This document shows positions 50,554 through 59,735 of a stretch of DNA of 64,000 nucleotides, piece by piece. The first letter of the stretch is position 1; each line of letters begins with the position of its first letter. A program made the position numbers and the translations under genes. The notes below the pieces were generated by a model, which saw nothing but the letters and a program-made list of their open reading frames with translations, was not told the DNA's origin and searched no databases. Origin of the DNA: Sulfurovum sp. (GTDB lineage: Bacteria; Campylobacterota; Campylobacteria; Campylobacterales; Sulfurovaceae); the NCBI GenBank assembly GCA_027063305.1, contig JAMORY010000014.1:47840-111839 (forward strand), in the 5' to 3' direction.

Positions 50554-53402
50554 TGTACCACTCCTTTCTGATATAAAATAAAACTTGCCCAGTAGTAGGG
50601 ATGGGATACCCCCTGTTCTATGAGTTTTCGTTTCATTTTAGCCAACGATAGCGCATATCCCGTACCGTCATGTACATTCGTATAGAACAGTGCCATTGCT
50701 TTTGCAGCGATCGTATCATTAACCTGCCATAAACTTACAACGACCCGTCTTGCACCTGCTTGAAAAAAAGCTTCATAGAGTCCGAGTACTCCTTCTCCTC
50801 GCTCTATTTTCCCCAAGGCGCTCTCACAACAAGAGAGTGTTACAAGCTCCGTACCGTAGAGGTTCATCCCCGCCAAAGACACACCCGATACCTTTTTCCC
50901 CTTTGCAAGTACGATCCCCACATCTCTTAGACGATAACGGTCTTTTGCAGGTGTGAAGTAACCATGTGCACCAATATGCAGAAAACGGGGATGCCGTTGT
51001 TTCAAAAGTGCCTCTGCCGTTGCTTTATCTTGACTGAAACGCTTTAGGTCACCAAACAGTTCACCAATCGCATCCGCCTCTTTTCGTGTTCCTTGAAGAG
51101 AACGATAAGAGAGATCTGCATCTGAATAGTCAGGGTCATCGAAAACCACATAGGTTTGTGACTTAGATGACGTTTTAGAGAGAGTGGCTAACATATCTTT
51201 AGCCGAAGCAAGATAGTAGAGAGTATGGTGTTCGACCAGATAAGACTTTCCGTCATACAGCGCTTCAAAAGGTAAAAATGCCAATATGCCATCAGGAGAG
51301 ATAAGCAAAGAGTCTGTTTGAGGCACACCTTCAGGGAAAAGCTTACGGTAGAGAGCACCATAGCTTCGCTTCGCTTCGAAAATATCGGCAAACCGTTCTC
51401 CTTTGGCTATCTTCTTTTGCATCTGACGTATTGACCCTATATCTTCTTCGACCGCTTCTGTGGTATGTGCATCATAATATTTCACCTCCACCCCACGCTT
51501 ATGACTCAAGATAAAACGAAGGTAATTCTTTTCTACATAAGCGAAGTCTATATAGGCACTCTCTTTAGGAAGATGTGCCAAAAAGCCTTCGATATCTTTG
51601 GGGATCTTTGGAGAGGCGAGATGATAACGCTTCATCAATGCCGCTACTGCTATACTCTGTTGGTGCATCTGCTCCTGAAGATACTTCAGTCGTTCACTAC
51701 TTCGTTCTTGCTGTTGCCAATAACGGTCGTACTGTTTACGAAGATCCCTAAAGTGATCGATTACCTTCCTCTCTTTTATAGAAGCGCGTTGATAAAGTAA
51801 AGACAACGTATCGAAAGAGCCGTTGACCATATGTTTATAACGACTCCAGATAAGGAAAAGTCTTTCGAATACCGCTTCTTCCTCTACCTTATCATCACTG
51901 TTGATATAGGCAAATGCCGTGATGCTCAAAAGTGAGAACAACCCGTCATGTGCCGTTTTAATACCAAGCTTTTGTATGGTATCACTGATCCCAAAGTACG
52001 CTTTCTCATAGGCAAAGAAGTGGGCCATAGACTCTAAAGCCGAATCGTACGCCTGCTTAACTTCCTGCTTCTTTAAATAGAGTGAGGCGAGATTTCCGTA
52101 TGTCCAGATATAAAGAGGTTCCAACATATCTGTTTTAGTCTTTTGCAACACATCCAAGCCCTTCTTCGCATAACATAGCGCTTTGTCATACTCACCCATC
52201 TCACCCAATATATTCGAAAGCTTCAAATAACTATAGACAAGGTCAGGATGCTCTTTCGAAAGAAGGGTTTCTTTAATCTTTAGTGAATCATCCATATATT
52301 TTCTTGCTTGATCAAAAAGTCCAAGATCTGCATAGATATCAGAGATCGTTGCATCGATATATGCATATTCCAAATGCTTGGAAGAGATGCATGAACGTGC
52401 TTTTTTGGCATATTCGAGTGCCTTTTCATATGCACCAAGTTCTACATAATAGTCTGCATAGCTCTGAAAAACAAGACCCTCAAGTACCTTGGGCGGTTGT
52501 ACTAAATGCCCATAGGCTTCATATGCCAACGAGAGATAGGATCTTGCACGGGGAAGATCGTGTAGTGCCAACTGCAACCTAAAGAGTGCCAAGGATGTTT
52601 TGACCATGCTTTTTCCCTGTCTCTTCTTATACCACTGCATCGCTTTTTGCAAATGCACATTAGCAGACTCAAGACTATTGGACTTCATATAGGTAACCCC
52701 GATAATATAGTGTAATGAGGCGATGAAGGCTTCTGGCATGTTTATCTGCTTTGCCTCTTGCAAGACTTCATTTTGCACATCAAGCGCCTCCTCATAATCC
52801 CCCTCTTTCATCTTTACCGTACCCATATTCATTTTACTCTTGAGTGCCTCTTGTCTCATACCATATGCATAGAAATAGTCGTATGCTTTTCTGGATGCTT
52901 CCCATGACCTTTTTACGTGCATATTTTCCAGTTCTGCGGCACCTAAGATATTGTAAAGTATCGCTGAAGTCCGGTTCTTCTCCCCATACGACTGAGCGAT
53001 CAAAGAGAGCGCTTTTGACGCGAACCGTGCCGATCTTTCATACTCCCCTCTCTCCAATAGCTGTTGGCTTAAAGAAGCATATATCGCTATAAGTGCTTGG
53101 TGGTTCTGTTGAAGAATATAACGCGCATCCACTTCCGATAAGCGATCAAGCCACACCAACGCATTCTCTCTATCTCCTACTTTTAAGGAGAGTTCGGAAG
53201 CTTTCAGGTAGTAACTCACTTTTTTCGTAACGTTCTTCTCTTCCTCGATCATCTTCTCCAACAGCGTTAATGCTCGGGTATGATCCTCTCTCCCAATCGC
53301 CGTACGAAATGCCAAGATCTCCGCAGATCCCGCACCATTCAATACTTGTGTAAGTATGCATAAAGACAGAACGATCAAACTGCGTAAATATTGAACAACC
53401 AT
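50550..53402 (-). CDS. TPR-repeat + CHAT domain protease with signal-peptide-like N-terminus
   Basis: TPRs (e.g. EHPDLVYSYLKLSNILGEMGEYDKAL); LLISPDGILAFLPFEAL; FLHIGAHG (His); LVTLSCCESALG (Cys); AGARRVVVSLWQV.D; HPYYWASF. Confidence 0.92.
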   Translation of the reverse strand: MVVQYLRSLIVLSLCILTQVLNGAGSAEILAFRTAIGREDHTRALTLLEKMIEEEKNVTKKVSYYLKASELSLKVGDRENALVWLDRLSEVDARYILQQNHQALIAIYASLSQQLLERGEYERSARFASKALSLIAQSYGEKNRTSAILYNILGAAELENMHVKRSWEASRKAYDYFYAYGMRQEALKSKMNMGTVKMKEGDYEEALDVQNEVLQEAKQINMPEAFIASLHYIIGVTYMKSNSLESANVHLQKAMQWYKKRQGKSMVKTSLALFRLQLALHDLPRARSYLSLAYEAYGHLVQPPKVLEGLVFQSYADYYVELGAYEKALEYAKKARSCISSKHLEYAYIDATISDIYADLGLFDQARKYMDDSLKIKETLLSKEHPDLVYSYLKLSNILGEMGEYDKALCYAKKGLDVLQKTKTDMLEPLYIWTYGNLASLYLKKQEVKQAYDSALESMAHFFAYEKAYFGISDTIQKLGIKTAHDGLFSLLSITAFAYINSDDKVEEEAVFERLFLIWSRYKHMVNGSFDTLSLLYQRASIKERKVIDHFRDLRKQYDRYWQQQERSSERLKYLQEQMHQQSIAVAALMKRYHLASPKIPKDIEGFLAHLPKESAYIDFAYVEKNYLRFILSHKRGVEVKYYDAHTTEAVEEDIGSIRQMQKKIAKGERFADIFEAKRSYGALYRKLFPEGVPQTDSLLISPDGILAFLPFEALYDGKSYLVEHHTLYYLASAKDMLATLSKTSSKSQTYVVFDDPDYSDADLSYRSLQGTRKEADAIGELFGDLKRFSQDKATAEALLKQRHPRFLHIGAHGYFTPAKDRYRLRDVGIVLAKGKKVSGVSLAGMNLYGTELVTLSCCESALGKIERGEGVLGLYEAFFQAGARRVVVSLWQVNDTIAAKAMALFYTNVHDGTGYALSLAKMKRKLIEQGVSHPYYWASFILYQKGVVQ

Positions 53403-53420
53403 TCACCATCTCCTCTAATA

Positions 53421-53433
53421 TGATATAATTATA
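53421..53433. promoter_or_regulatory. Overlapping divergent -10 boxes
   Basis: Plus TGaTATAAT 53421-29; minus TATAAT 53433-28. Confidence 0.4.
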
Positions 53434-53510
53434 CTCATTTCGATGAAAAAAAGACCAATTTATTGATATAAATCATCTCATATATCCCATTTACAAACTA
53501 TACTTTGCCT

Positions 53511-55034
53511 ATGGATTTTACAACAGCAATAGAGATCGCTGATCGGATCTGGTGGGTCGGTATGTACCTAAAGAACGATCCTTTCCAGTGCCACCCTTAC
53601 CTTATTCAGAACGGCAGGAGCTCCGTACTCATCGATCCAGGCTCCATGCTGGAGTTCGATGCCGTGATCAGTAAGATTCGCAGTGTGATCGACTTATCCG
53701 ATATCAAATATATCATCCTTCACCATCAAGACCCTGACCTTGCTGCATCCGTTCCCTATATAGAGCAAGTGATCGCAAGGGATGACCTTCAGATCGTGAC
53801 ACATTCACGTATGGTGCCGCTGATCAAACACTACCTGATACGTTCTGCATATTATAAAATAGACAAACATGACTACAAGCTAGAAGATGGTAACTTGGCA
53901 CTACAGTTCCTTACCACCCCCTATTGTCACTCACCCGGAGCTTTTGTAAGCTATGAGCCAGATACAAAGACCCTCTTCTCAGGTGATATATTCGGAGGGA
54001 TAGAGGAGTCATGGGAGTTCTATGCAAAAGATGACTATTTTGAAAAGGCCAAGCAGTTCCATGCCGAATATATGCCAAGCCGAGACATCTTCAACTATGC
54101 GCTCCACAAGATCGGATCTCTCGATATCGATCTTATCGCACCACAACACGGATCGATCATTCAAAAAGCACAGATACCCGATCTTATCGAACAGATGAAG
54201 CAACTGGAATGCGGACTCTATATCGAAGAGTCCTACCGTCACGATCTACTATATACCATCGAAGCATTGCGGCAGAAGGATCAGGCACTAGAGAGATCAC
54301 TTCGTTCTCTTCAGGAGAAAGAGGAGTTCCTTTTCCAAAAAGCGAAAATGGCCGATATGGGAGAGATGATAGGAAATATCGCTCACCAGTGGCGACAACC
54401 TTTAGCGATCAATACAACTATCCTCTCTATCTTAAAAGAGAAATCCCGGATGAACATCCTATCTCAAGAAGAGATGCTGCAAAAGTTCGAAGATATGGAG
54501 AACAATATACATTATATGTCAAAGACCATTGATGATTTCATGCGTTTCTATCATCCCGATAAAAGAAAGACCGTTTTTAATATCTCCGATGTCATAGAGC
54601 ATGCCATTACCATCATGGATCCGATCATGAAAAAAGCGAAGATACAGATGTATTTCGAACACTGTAGCGATGCGTATGTCAAAGGCTACATGAACGAATA
54701 TACACAGGTTGTCGTATCGATCCTGACCAATGCGAAAGATGTTTTAATTCAACGCAAGATAGAAGATGCTATGATCGATATAGCATTACGTAAGATCGGG
54801 AACAGAGTGGAACTTACGATCAGTGATAATGCAGGTGGCATAGAGGAGCGTCATCTTAAACGTATTTTCGATCCTTATTTCACGACCAAGCACCAATCCA
54901 TGGGTACAGGACTTGGACTCTACATTTCAAAAATGATCATTGAAAAGAATATGGGCGGGACCCTTCATGTAAAGAATACCTCTGAGGGTGCTCAGTTCAA
55001 TATAGTATTGGAGTATATCAATGTTGACAAGTAA
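53511..55034 (+). CDS. ODP-type metallo-beta-lactamase-fold (di-iron) sensor fused to histidine kinase
   Basis: HHQDPDLAAS; CHSPG; FSGDIFG; IAPQHG; EMIGNIAHQWRQPL (HisKA); DNAGGI, FTTK, GTGLGL (HATPase). TTG 53505 is an alternative start. Confidence 0.85.
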   Translation: MDFTTAIEIADRIWWVGMYLKNDPFQCHPYLIQNGRSSVLIDPGSMLEFDAVISKIRSVIDLSDIKYIILHHQDPDLAASVPYIEQVIARDDLQIVTHSRMVPLIKHYLIRSAYYKIDKHDYKLEDGNLALQFLTTPYCHSPGAFVSYEPDTKTLFSGDIFGGIEESWEFYAKDDYFEKAKQFHAEYMPSRDIFNYALHKIGSLDIDLIAPQHGSIIQKAQIPDLIEQMKQLECGLYIEESYRHDLLYTIEALRQKDQALERSLRSLQEKEEFLFQKAKMADMGEMIGNIAHQWRQPLAINTTILSILKEKSRMNILSQEEMLQKFEDMENNIHYMSKTIDDFMRFYHPDKRKTVFNISDVIEHAITIMDPIMKKAKIQMYFEHCSDAYVKGYMNEYTQVVVSILTNAKDVLIQRKIEDAMIDIALRKIGNRVELTISDNAGGIEERHLKRIFDPYFTTKHQSMGTGLGLYISKMIIEKNMGGTLHVKNTSEGAQFNIVLEYINVDK

Positions 55035-55710
55035 AATTGAAGATATCACCGTTCTTATCGCCGAAGATGAGGAGAAGCTTCTTGAACCGATGGTGGAGTA
55101 CCTCCAACTCTTCTTTAAACATGTCTATGGTGCGGTGGATGGAGAAAGTGCACTGGAACTCTACAAAACACACCGTCCCCAGATCATGATCGTCGATATC
55201 TTAATGCCGAAACTCGACGGCTTGGGACTGATCCGAAAGATCAGAGAGACAGATAACACGACTCGAATGATCATAACGACCGCATACTCCGACAGAGAGA
55301 AACTTCTTCAAGCCGTTGAACTGAGACTTGAAAAGTATTTGATCAAACCCATTCAAAGCAACGAGCTCAAAAAACTTCTCTTTGAGGTAGTGGAGGATAT
55401 ACGGAGCAAACAGACCATCATTCCTCTAAAGAGCGGATATAACTGGGACAAAAAACATCAAAAGCTACTTTATAAACAAGAGGAGGTAGGATTGAACTAC
55501 AAAGAGAGAAAGGTACTGGCACTACTGATACAAAGGTCCGATACTGCTGTATCTGCGATCGATATCTACAACTGCATCTATGCTGAAGAGCCAGAAAGAG
55601 ACTACTCCTCCTATGCCGTCACTTCTCTGATAAAACGTCTAAGACAGAAGCTTCCCAAAGGGATGATCAAAAGCGTTTATGGGAACGGATATATTTTTAC
55701 ACGAAATTAG
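55021..55710 (+). CDS. OmpR-family response regulator
   Basis: LIAEDE; VDILMPKLDG; YLIKP; winged helix IKRLRQKL...YGNGY. Confidence 0.92.
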   Translation: MLTSKIEDITVLIAEDEEKLLEPMVEYLQLFFKHVYGAVDGESALELYKTHRPQIMIVDILMPKLDGLGLIRKIRETDNTTRMIITTAYSDREKLLQAVELRLEKYLIKPIQSNELKKLLFEVVEDIRSKQTIIPLKSGYNWDKKHQKLLYKQEEVGLNYKERKVLALLIQRSDTAVSAIDIYNCIYAEEPERDYSSYAVTSLIKRLRQKLPKGMIKSVYGNGYIFTRN

Positions 55711-55721
55711 ATAAAAGTTAT

Positions 55722-55744
55722 AAATTTGACAAAATTTGACAAAA
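55722..55744 (+). promoter_or_regulatory. 10-bp tandem direct repeat AAATTTGACA x2 upstream of TATACT
   Basis: Seen directly; 10-bp period fits an OmpR-type binding site (inference). Confidence 0.45.
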
Positions 55745-55764
55745 TCTTTTTGTATACTTCATAT

Positions 55765-55914
55765 TAAGAGGTGATTAGGTAGCTACAATATCTCCCCCTC
55801 CCCCCTCTGATTTGTAGCTTCACCTCTCTAAAGCCATACCGGGCTGTAATCTCTTTGCAAAATTAGTCATTGTCTCTATCTTAATTCTTCTTTTGTATCA
55901 AGACCGGTATGGTT
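55765..55914 (+). ncRNA. Candidate sRNA with C/U-rich hairpin loop
   Basis: Stems GAGGTGA/TCACCTC and AGCTACAA/TTGTAGCT enclose TCTCCCCCTCCCCCCTCT; second stem AGCCATACCGG/CCGGTATGGTT; TATACT at 55753-58. Confidence 0.5.
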
Positions 55915-56824
55915 ATTTAGTCATATACTCCTGACACCACCGTAAAGCCACCCCTTCACGTAATCCGTCATCAACTACAATACATTGCTCTGTTTCAAGA
56001 ATATAATAAAGATGCTCAAATATCAAAATACCCGCAGCGATCAGGTCACTACGTCCAACCCCGACCATGACCTCCCTCTGGCTAAAGGGAAGTGAGAGAA
56101 GTTTTGAGAGATAGTAGGAGAGTTCTTCCTCTTTCAGTATCGTACCGTTCACCCTTTTGGCATCATAGGTTTCATAGGTCAGTCCAAGCTTCATTGCTGC
56201 GACCGTTGTCGGTGTACCTGCTGTTGCGACACATATTTCAATCTCTCCTCTGGTAGCGAACATTTCAGCCGCGAACTGCTGCATAGCCAGCATTTTATCA
56301 GGAAGTGCCTCTTTGATCCTCTCCAACGTGCCGTAGGTCTGTGCGATCGTAACGATCCCGACAGGAAAGCTCCGACTGACAACCTCCGAACCATAGACAA
56401 AGACCATTTCGGTCGACCCGCCACCAATATCGACCAATATAAAACGATCGGCCTTAAGAGAGAGCCTCTTAAGTCGATGCCGTACCGCTATCAGAGTCAA
56501 GGCTGCCTCTTCCTCACCATTGATCGTACGGAACATCACCCCTGTTTCTCTGTAAATACGTGCCAGTACATCTTCTGCATTGGTAGCACGTCTGAGCGCC
56601 TCTGTCGTGACTGCGTCCACCTCTTGCCCTTCAAAGTCCATCAACACCTGTGCCTCTTTGATCGCATAGATGACACGATCGACCGCTTCATGGTCTATAA
56701 CTCCGGTCGAAGCCAACTTATCAGCAGTCTTGACGATCTTTTCAAACTCTGCCGTTGCACGGGCATATCTACAGTCATACTCCAATACACGAAGCGTATT
56801 GGAACCTAGGTCAATTGCGATCAA
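55913..56824 (-). CDS. Ppx/GppA family phosphatase
   Basis: IDLGSNTLR; TEALRRATN; INGEEEA; DIGGGSTE; GLREG. Confidence 0.92.
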   Translation of the reverse strand: MIAIDLGSNTLRVLEYDCRYARATAEFEKIVKTADKLASTGVIDHEAVDRVIYAIKEAQVLMDFEGQEVDAVTTEALRRATNAEDVLARIYRETGVMFRTINGEEEAALTLIAVRHRLKRLSLKADRFILVDIGGGSTEMVFVYGSEVVSRSFPVGIVTIAQTYGTLERIKEALPDKMLAMQQFAAEMFATRGEIEICVATAGTPTTVAAMKLGLTYETYDAKRVNGTILKEEELSYYLSKLLSLPFSQREVMVGVGRSDLIAAGILIFEHLYYILETEQCIVVDDGLREGVALRWCQEYMTK

Positions 56825-56847
56825 AACATCCCCGATTTCTAATTTTA

Positions 56848-58059
56848 TCAGTGCTCTTCTCGGAACACAAATCCGCCTTCTGTAAGCTTCTGACGGATCA
56901 ACGCCTGATGCTCGACCCCTTTGGTCTCCAACGCTACACTGACATGGGCATCACCGAACTCCAGATCAATAGAGGTACGGTCATATCCTATCTGTACGAT
57001 ATTCGCACCTACATCGGTCAATATCTGGGTAAAGGATTGTAACGCACCCGGTTTATCGACCAGTGTTACCATTAGTTTCATCTTTCTAGCAGATTTCATC
57101 AACCCTTTTTCAATAATAAGAGAGAGCATCGTCACATCGATATTCCCACCACTGAGCACAATACCGACCTTGCTCCCTTTGGGCAGGTCTATTTTATGGT
57201 GAAGCAGTGCGGCAACCCCTACCGAACCCGCCCCTTCGACCAATAGTTTTTGGCGTTCTAACAAAAAGAGGATCGCCGAAGCGATCTCATCTTCGCATAC
57301 CCCCTCGAAAGCATCGACATGATCCAAGATATATGAGAGCGTCTTTTCAGAGGTATCACGTACGGCAATACCGTCGGCAATGGTACGCACAGATGTGGTG
57401 TCAATCGCTTTTTTCGCCATGAAGGAGCGGCGCATCGCCGGTGCCCCTTCAGCTGAGACACCGATAATGCGGATATCGTTGCGGAGTGCTTTTGCCGCTA
57501 CCGCCATACCCGATATCAATCCGCCACCGCCTACGGGAATGACCATCGCATCCAACCGGGGTACCGTCTCAAGCATCTCCAGTGCGACCGTTCCCTGCCC
57601 TGCCATTACCTCATCATCGGTAAACGGATGGACGAAAGCGTAGCCTTTTTGTTTACCGAATTCTACTGCATAGGCATAGGCTTCGTCATAATTGCTTCCA
57701 TGCAGTATGACGTTCGCCCCAAAATCTTTGACTCCCTGTACCTTTGTCAAAGGGGTTGACTCGGGCATTACAATGGTCGCTTCGATACCGAAATGATTCG
57801 CCGCAAAAGCCACACCTTGGGCATGGTTCCCTGCACTCGCGGCAACGACCCCGCCCTTTTCTTCCGCTTCGATCAATGTTGCGATCTTGTTAAAAGCGCC
57901 TCGCAGCTTGAACGCACCCGTTCTTTGCAGGTTCTCTTTTTTCAAATAGACCTCATAGCCACTCAATTCACTTAGAATAGGTGCATAGGAAAAAGGGGTA
58001 TGGTGTACCACCCCTTCGAGCCTCTCGTACGCTTTTTTGATCCGGTTTAAGTCCAACAT
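56848..58059 (-). CDS. ilvA: Threonine ammonia-lyase with ACT domain
   Basis: KKENLQRTGAFKLRGA; ASAGNHAQG; PVGGGGLI; SGGNID; VDKPGAL. Confidence 0.93.
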   Translation of the reverse strand: MLDLNRIKKAYERLEGVVHHTPFSYAPILSELSGYEVYLKKENLQRTGAFKLRGAFNKIATLIEAEEKGGVVAASAGNHAQGVAFAANHFGIEATIVMPESTPLTKVQGVKDFGANVILHGSNYDEAYAYAVEFGKQKGYAFVHPFTDDEVMAGQGTVALEMLETVPRLDAMVIPVGGGGLISGMAVAAKALRNDIRIIGVSAEGAPAMRRSFMAKKAIDTTSVRTIADGIAVRDTSEKTLSYILDHVDAFEGVCEDEIASAILFLLERQKLLVEGAGSVGVAALLHHKIDLPKGSKVGIVLSGGNIDVTMLSLIIEKGLMKSARKMKLMVTLVDKPGALQSFTQILTDVGANIVQIGYDRTSIDLEFGDAHVSVALETKGVEHQALIRQKLTEGGFVFREEH

Positions 58060-58111
58060 TATCTTTCCTAAGTAATAATTGCCAAAATTATATCAAAATA
58101 AAGGATAAACC

Positions 58112-58537
58112 ATGGAGTGTGAATTTCCAACGGTCAATAGCAACAAAGAGGAGATCAGAGCGATCTTCGAAAGTGTCAAGACCATTGCCGTGCTCGGACT
58201 CTCTCCCGATGAGAGCAAACCCAGCCACCGTGTTGCCAAGTATTTGCAAGAAGCAGGCTATAAAATCGTACCGGTCTACCCCAAAGAGGAGACGATCCTA
58301 GGAGAAAAGGTCTACCGTTCACTTGCCGAGATCCCTTTTGAGGTCGATATGGTCGATATCTTTAGAAAACCCGCAGCGTTCGATGCCGTCGCAGACGCAT
58401 GTATCGCACGTGGGGATGTGAAGGTATTCTGGGGACAGCAGGGGCTTGTCAATAATGCTGCTGCGCAAAAGGCAAGAGATGCGGGTATGACCGTAGTGCA
58501 GAACCTCTGTGCCATGGTCGAACACCGCAATATGTAA
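58112..58537 (+). CDS. CoA-binding protein (YccU-like)
   Basis: IAVLGLSP...PSHRVAKYL; PVYPK; VDMVDIFR. Confidence 0.9.
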   Translation: MECEFPTVNSNKEEIRAIFESVKTIAVLGLSPDESKPSHRVAKYLQEAGYKIVPVYPKEETILGEKVYRSLAEIPFEVDMVDIFRKPAAFDAVADACIARGDVKVFWGQQGLVNNAAAQKARDAGMTVVQNLCAMVEHRNM

Positions 58538-58547
58538 AGAGGCGTAC

Positions 58548-59666
58548 TTAGGTGCGCTTGCGTAAAAAGACCCCGCTCTCAATATGATCGGTATGCGGGA
58601 ACTGGTCGAAGATCGCAGCTTCATGCACGTCATGGGTCTGCGTCAATGTCTCAAGATCCCTCGCCAAAGTCTCAGGATTACATGAGATATAGATAATATG
58701 CTCCATATCCGCGATCAGCTTTGCCGTTCCTTCATCCAACCCTGCACGCGGCGGATCTACCAGTACACAGTTAAAGCGGTAGGTATCCAAGTCCACCTCT
58801 TTTAAACGACTAAATGCTCTCACCCCTTGAAGCGCCTCTGTCAGCTCTTCGGATGCCAAGCGCACAAAAGTGATGTTCTCAATAGCATTAAGGATGCAGT
58901 TCTTTTGTGCGGCATAGATGGAACGCTTAGAGATCTCCGTTGCCAGCACTTTGTCAAAATAGCGCGAAAGCGGCAGTGTAAAGTTCCCTAATCCGCAGTA
59001 GGCTTCCAGAAAATCACCGCCACCGACCTTTTTAGCCTGCTTAATCGCCCACTCGATCATCTTGACATTGACCGCAGGGTTTGGCTGGGTAAATCCGCTC
59101 TCATACTCTATATAGGTATAGGTTCGACCGTCAATATCGAGCTTTTCGGTCACGAACTCATCGGAGAGCACCACTTTCTGTTTACGGCTTCGCCCCATCA
59201 CTTTGGTACCAAGCAGACTCTCCAGCTCTTTAGCTTCCGCCTCCCACGCTTCATCCAGTTTTCGGTGGTAGAGTAAAGTAATAAGACACTCATCCGTAGT
59301 AGTCGCCAAGAACTCCACGGCAAAGAGCTTACGTTTGAGTACCTCTTGCGAAGCGTTGACCTTCTCCAAAAGTTTCCACATACGCTTCTTAATAGGCTCG
59401 ATGACCTTAGGGCACTCCTCGATACTTACAGCCCCGTTTCTCTCCATATTCCCCATCGCATAGTCACACCGATCACCCTCATGCCAAATACGGAACTCCG
59501 CTCTGGCACGGTAGTATGCATCCGGAGAGTCGAACACTGCCATCTCCCCCTGATAGAAAGGGTCCAAAAGCCCTGCCACCTTCTGCTTTTTCTGTTCCAG
59601 CTGTGCCGCATAATCCAATGCATACAGACCACATGATCCACAGCTTCCGAAATGTTTACATGTCAC
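58548..59666 (-). CDS. trmA: tRNA/tmRNA (uracil-C5)-methyltransferase
   Basis: YRARAEFRIWH; FTQPN; LEAYCGLGNF; VDPPRAG; YISCNP; DQFPHT.H.E. Confidence 0.93.
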   Translation of the reverse strand: MTCKHFGSCGSCGLYALDYAAQLEQKKQKVAGLLDPFYQGEMAVFDSPDAYYRARAEFRIWHEGDRCDYAMGNMERNGAVSIEECPKVIEPIKKRMWKLLEKVNASQEVLKRKLFAVEFLATTTDECLITLLYHRKLDEAWEAEAKELESLLGTKVMGRSRKQKVVLSDEFVTEKLDIDGRTYTYIEYESGFTQPNPAVNVKMIEWAIKQAKKVGGGDFLEAYCGLGNFTLPLSRYFDKVLATEISKRSIYAAQKNCILNAIENITFVRLASEELTEALQGVRAFSRLKEVDLDTYRFNCVLVDPPRAGLDEGTAKLIADMEHIIYISCNPETLARDLETLTQTHDVHEAAIFDQFPHTDHIESGVFLRKRT

Positions 59667-59735
59667 ATTCTTGCCTTGTATTGTGTTGTGCGTATTTTAG
59701 CAAAGTTGCACAGATAGACAGCTTTTTGAGCATAT

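Noticed and set aside
46296-53402. CRISPR array or cas genes accompanying the CHAT protease
   Set aside because: No regularly spaced direct repeats and no Cas7-11, Cas10 or SAVED motifs anywhere in the window.
55820-55870. Minus-strand 16-codon ORF MTNFAKRLQPGMALER within the candidate sRNA region
   Set aside because: Weak RBS, not hydrophobic (unlike type I toxins) and no other support; worth revisiting only if conserved.
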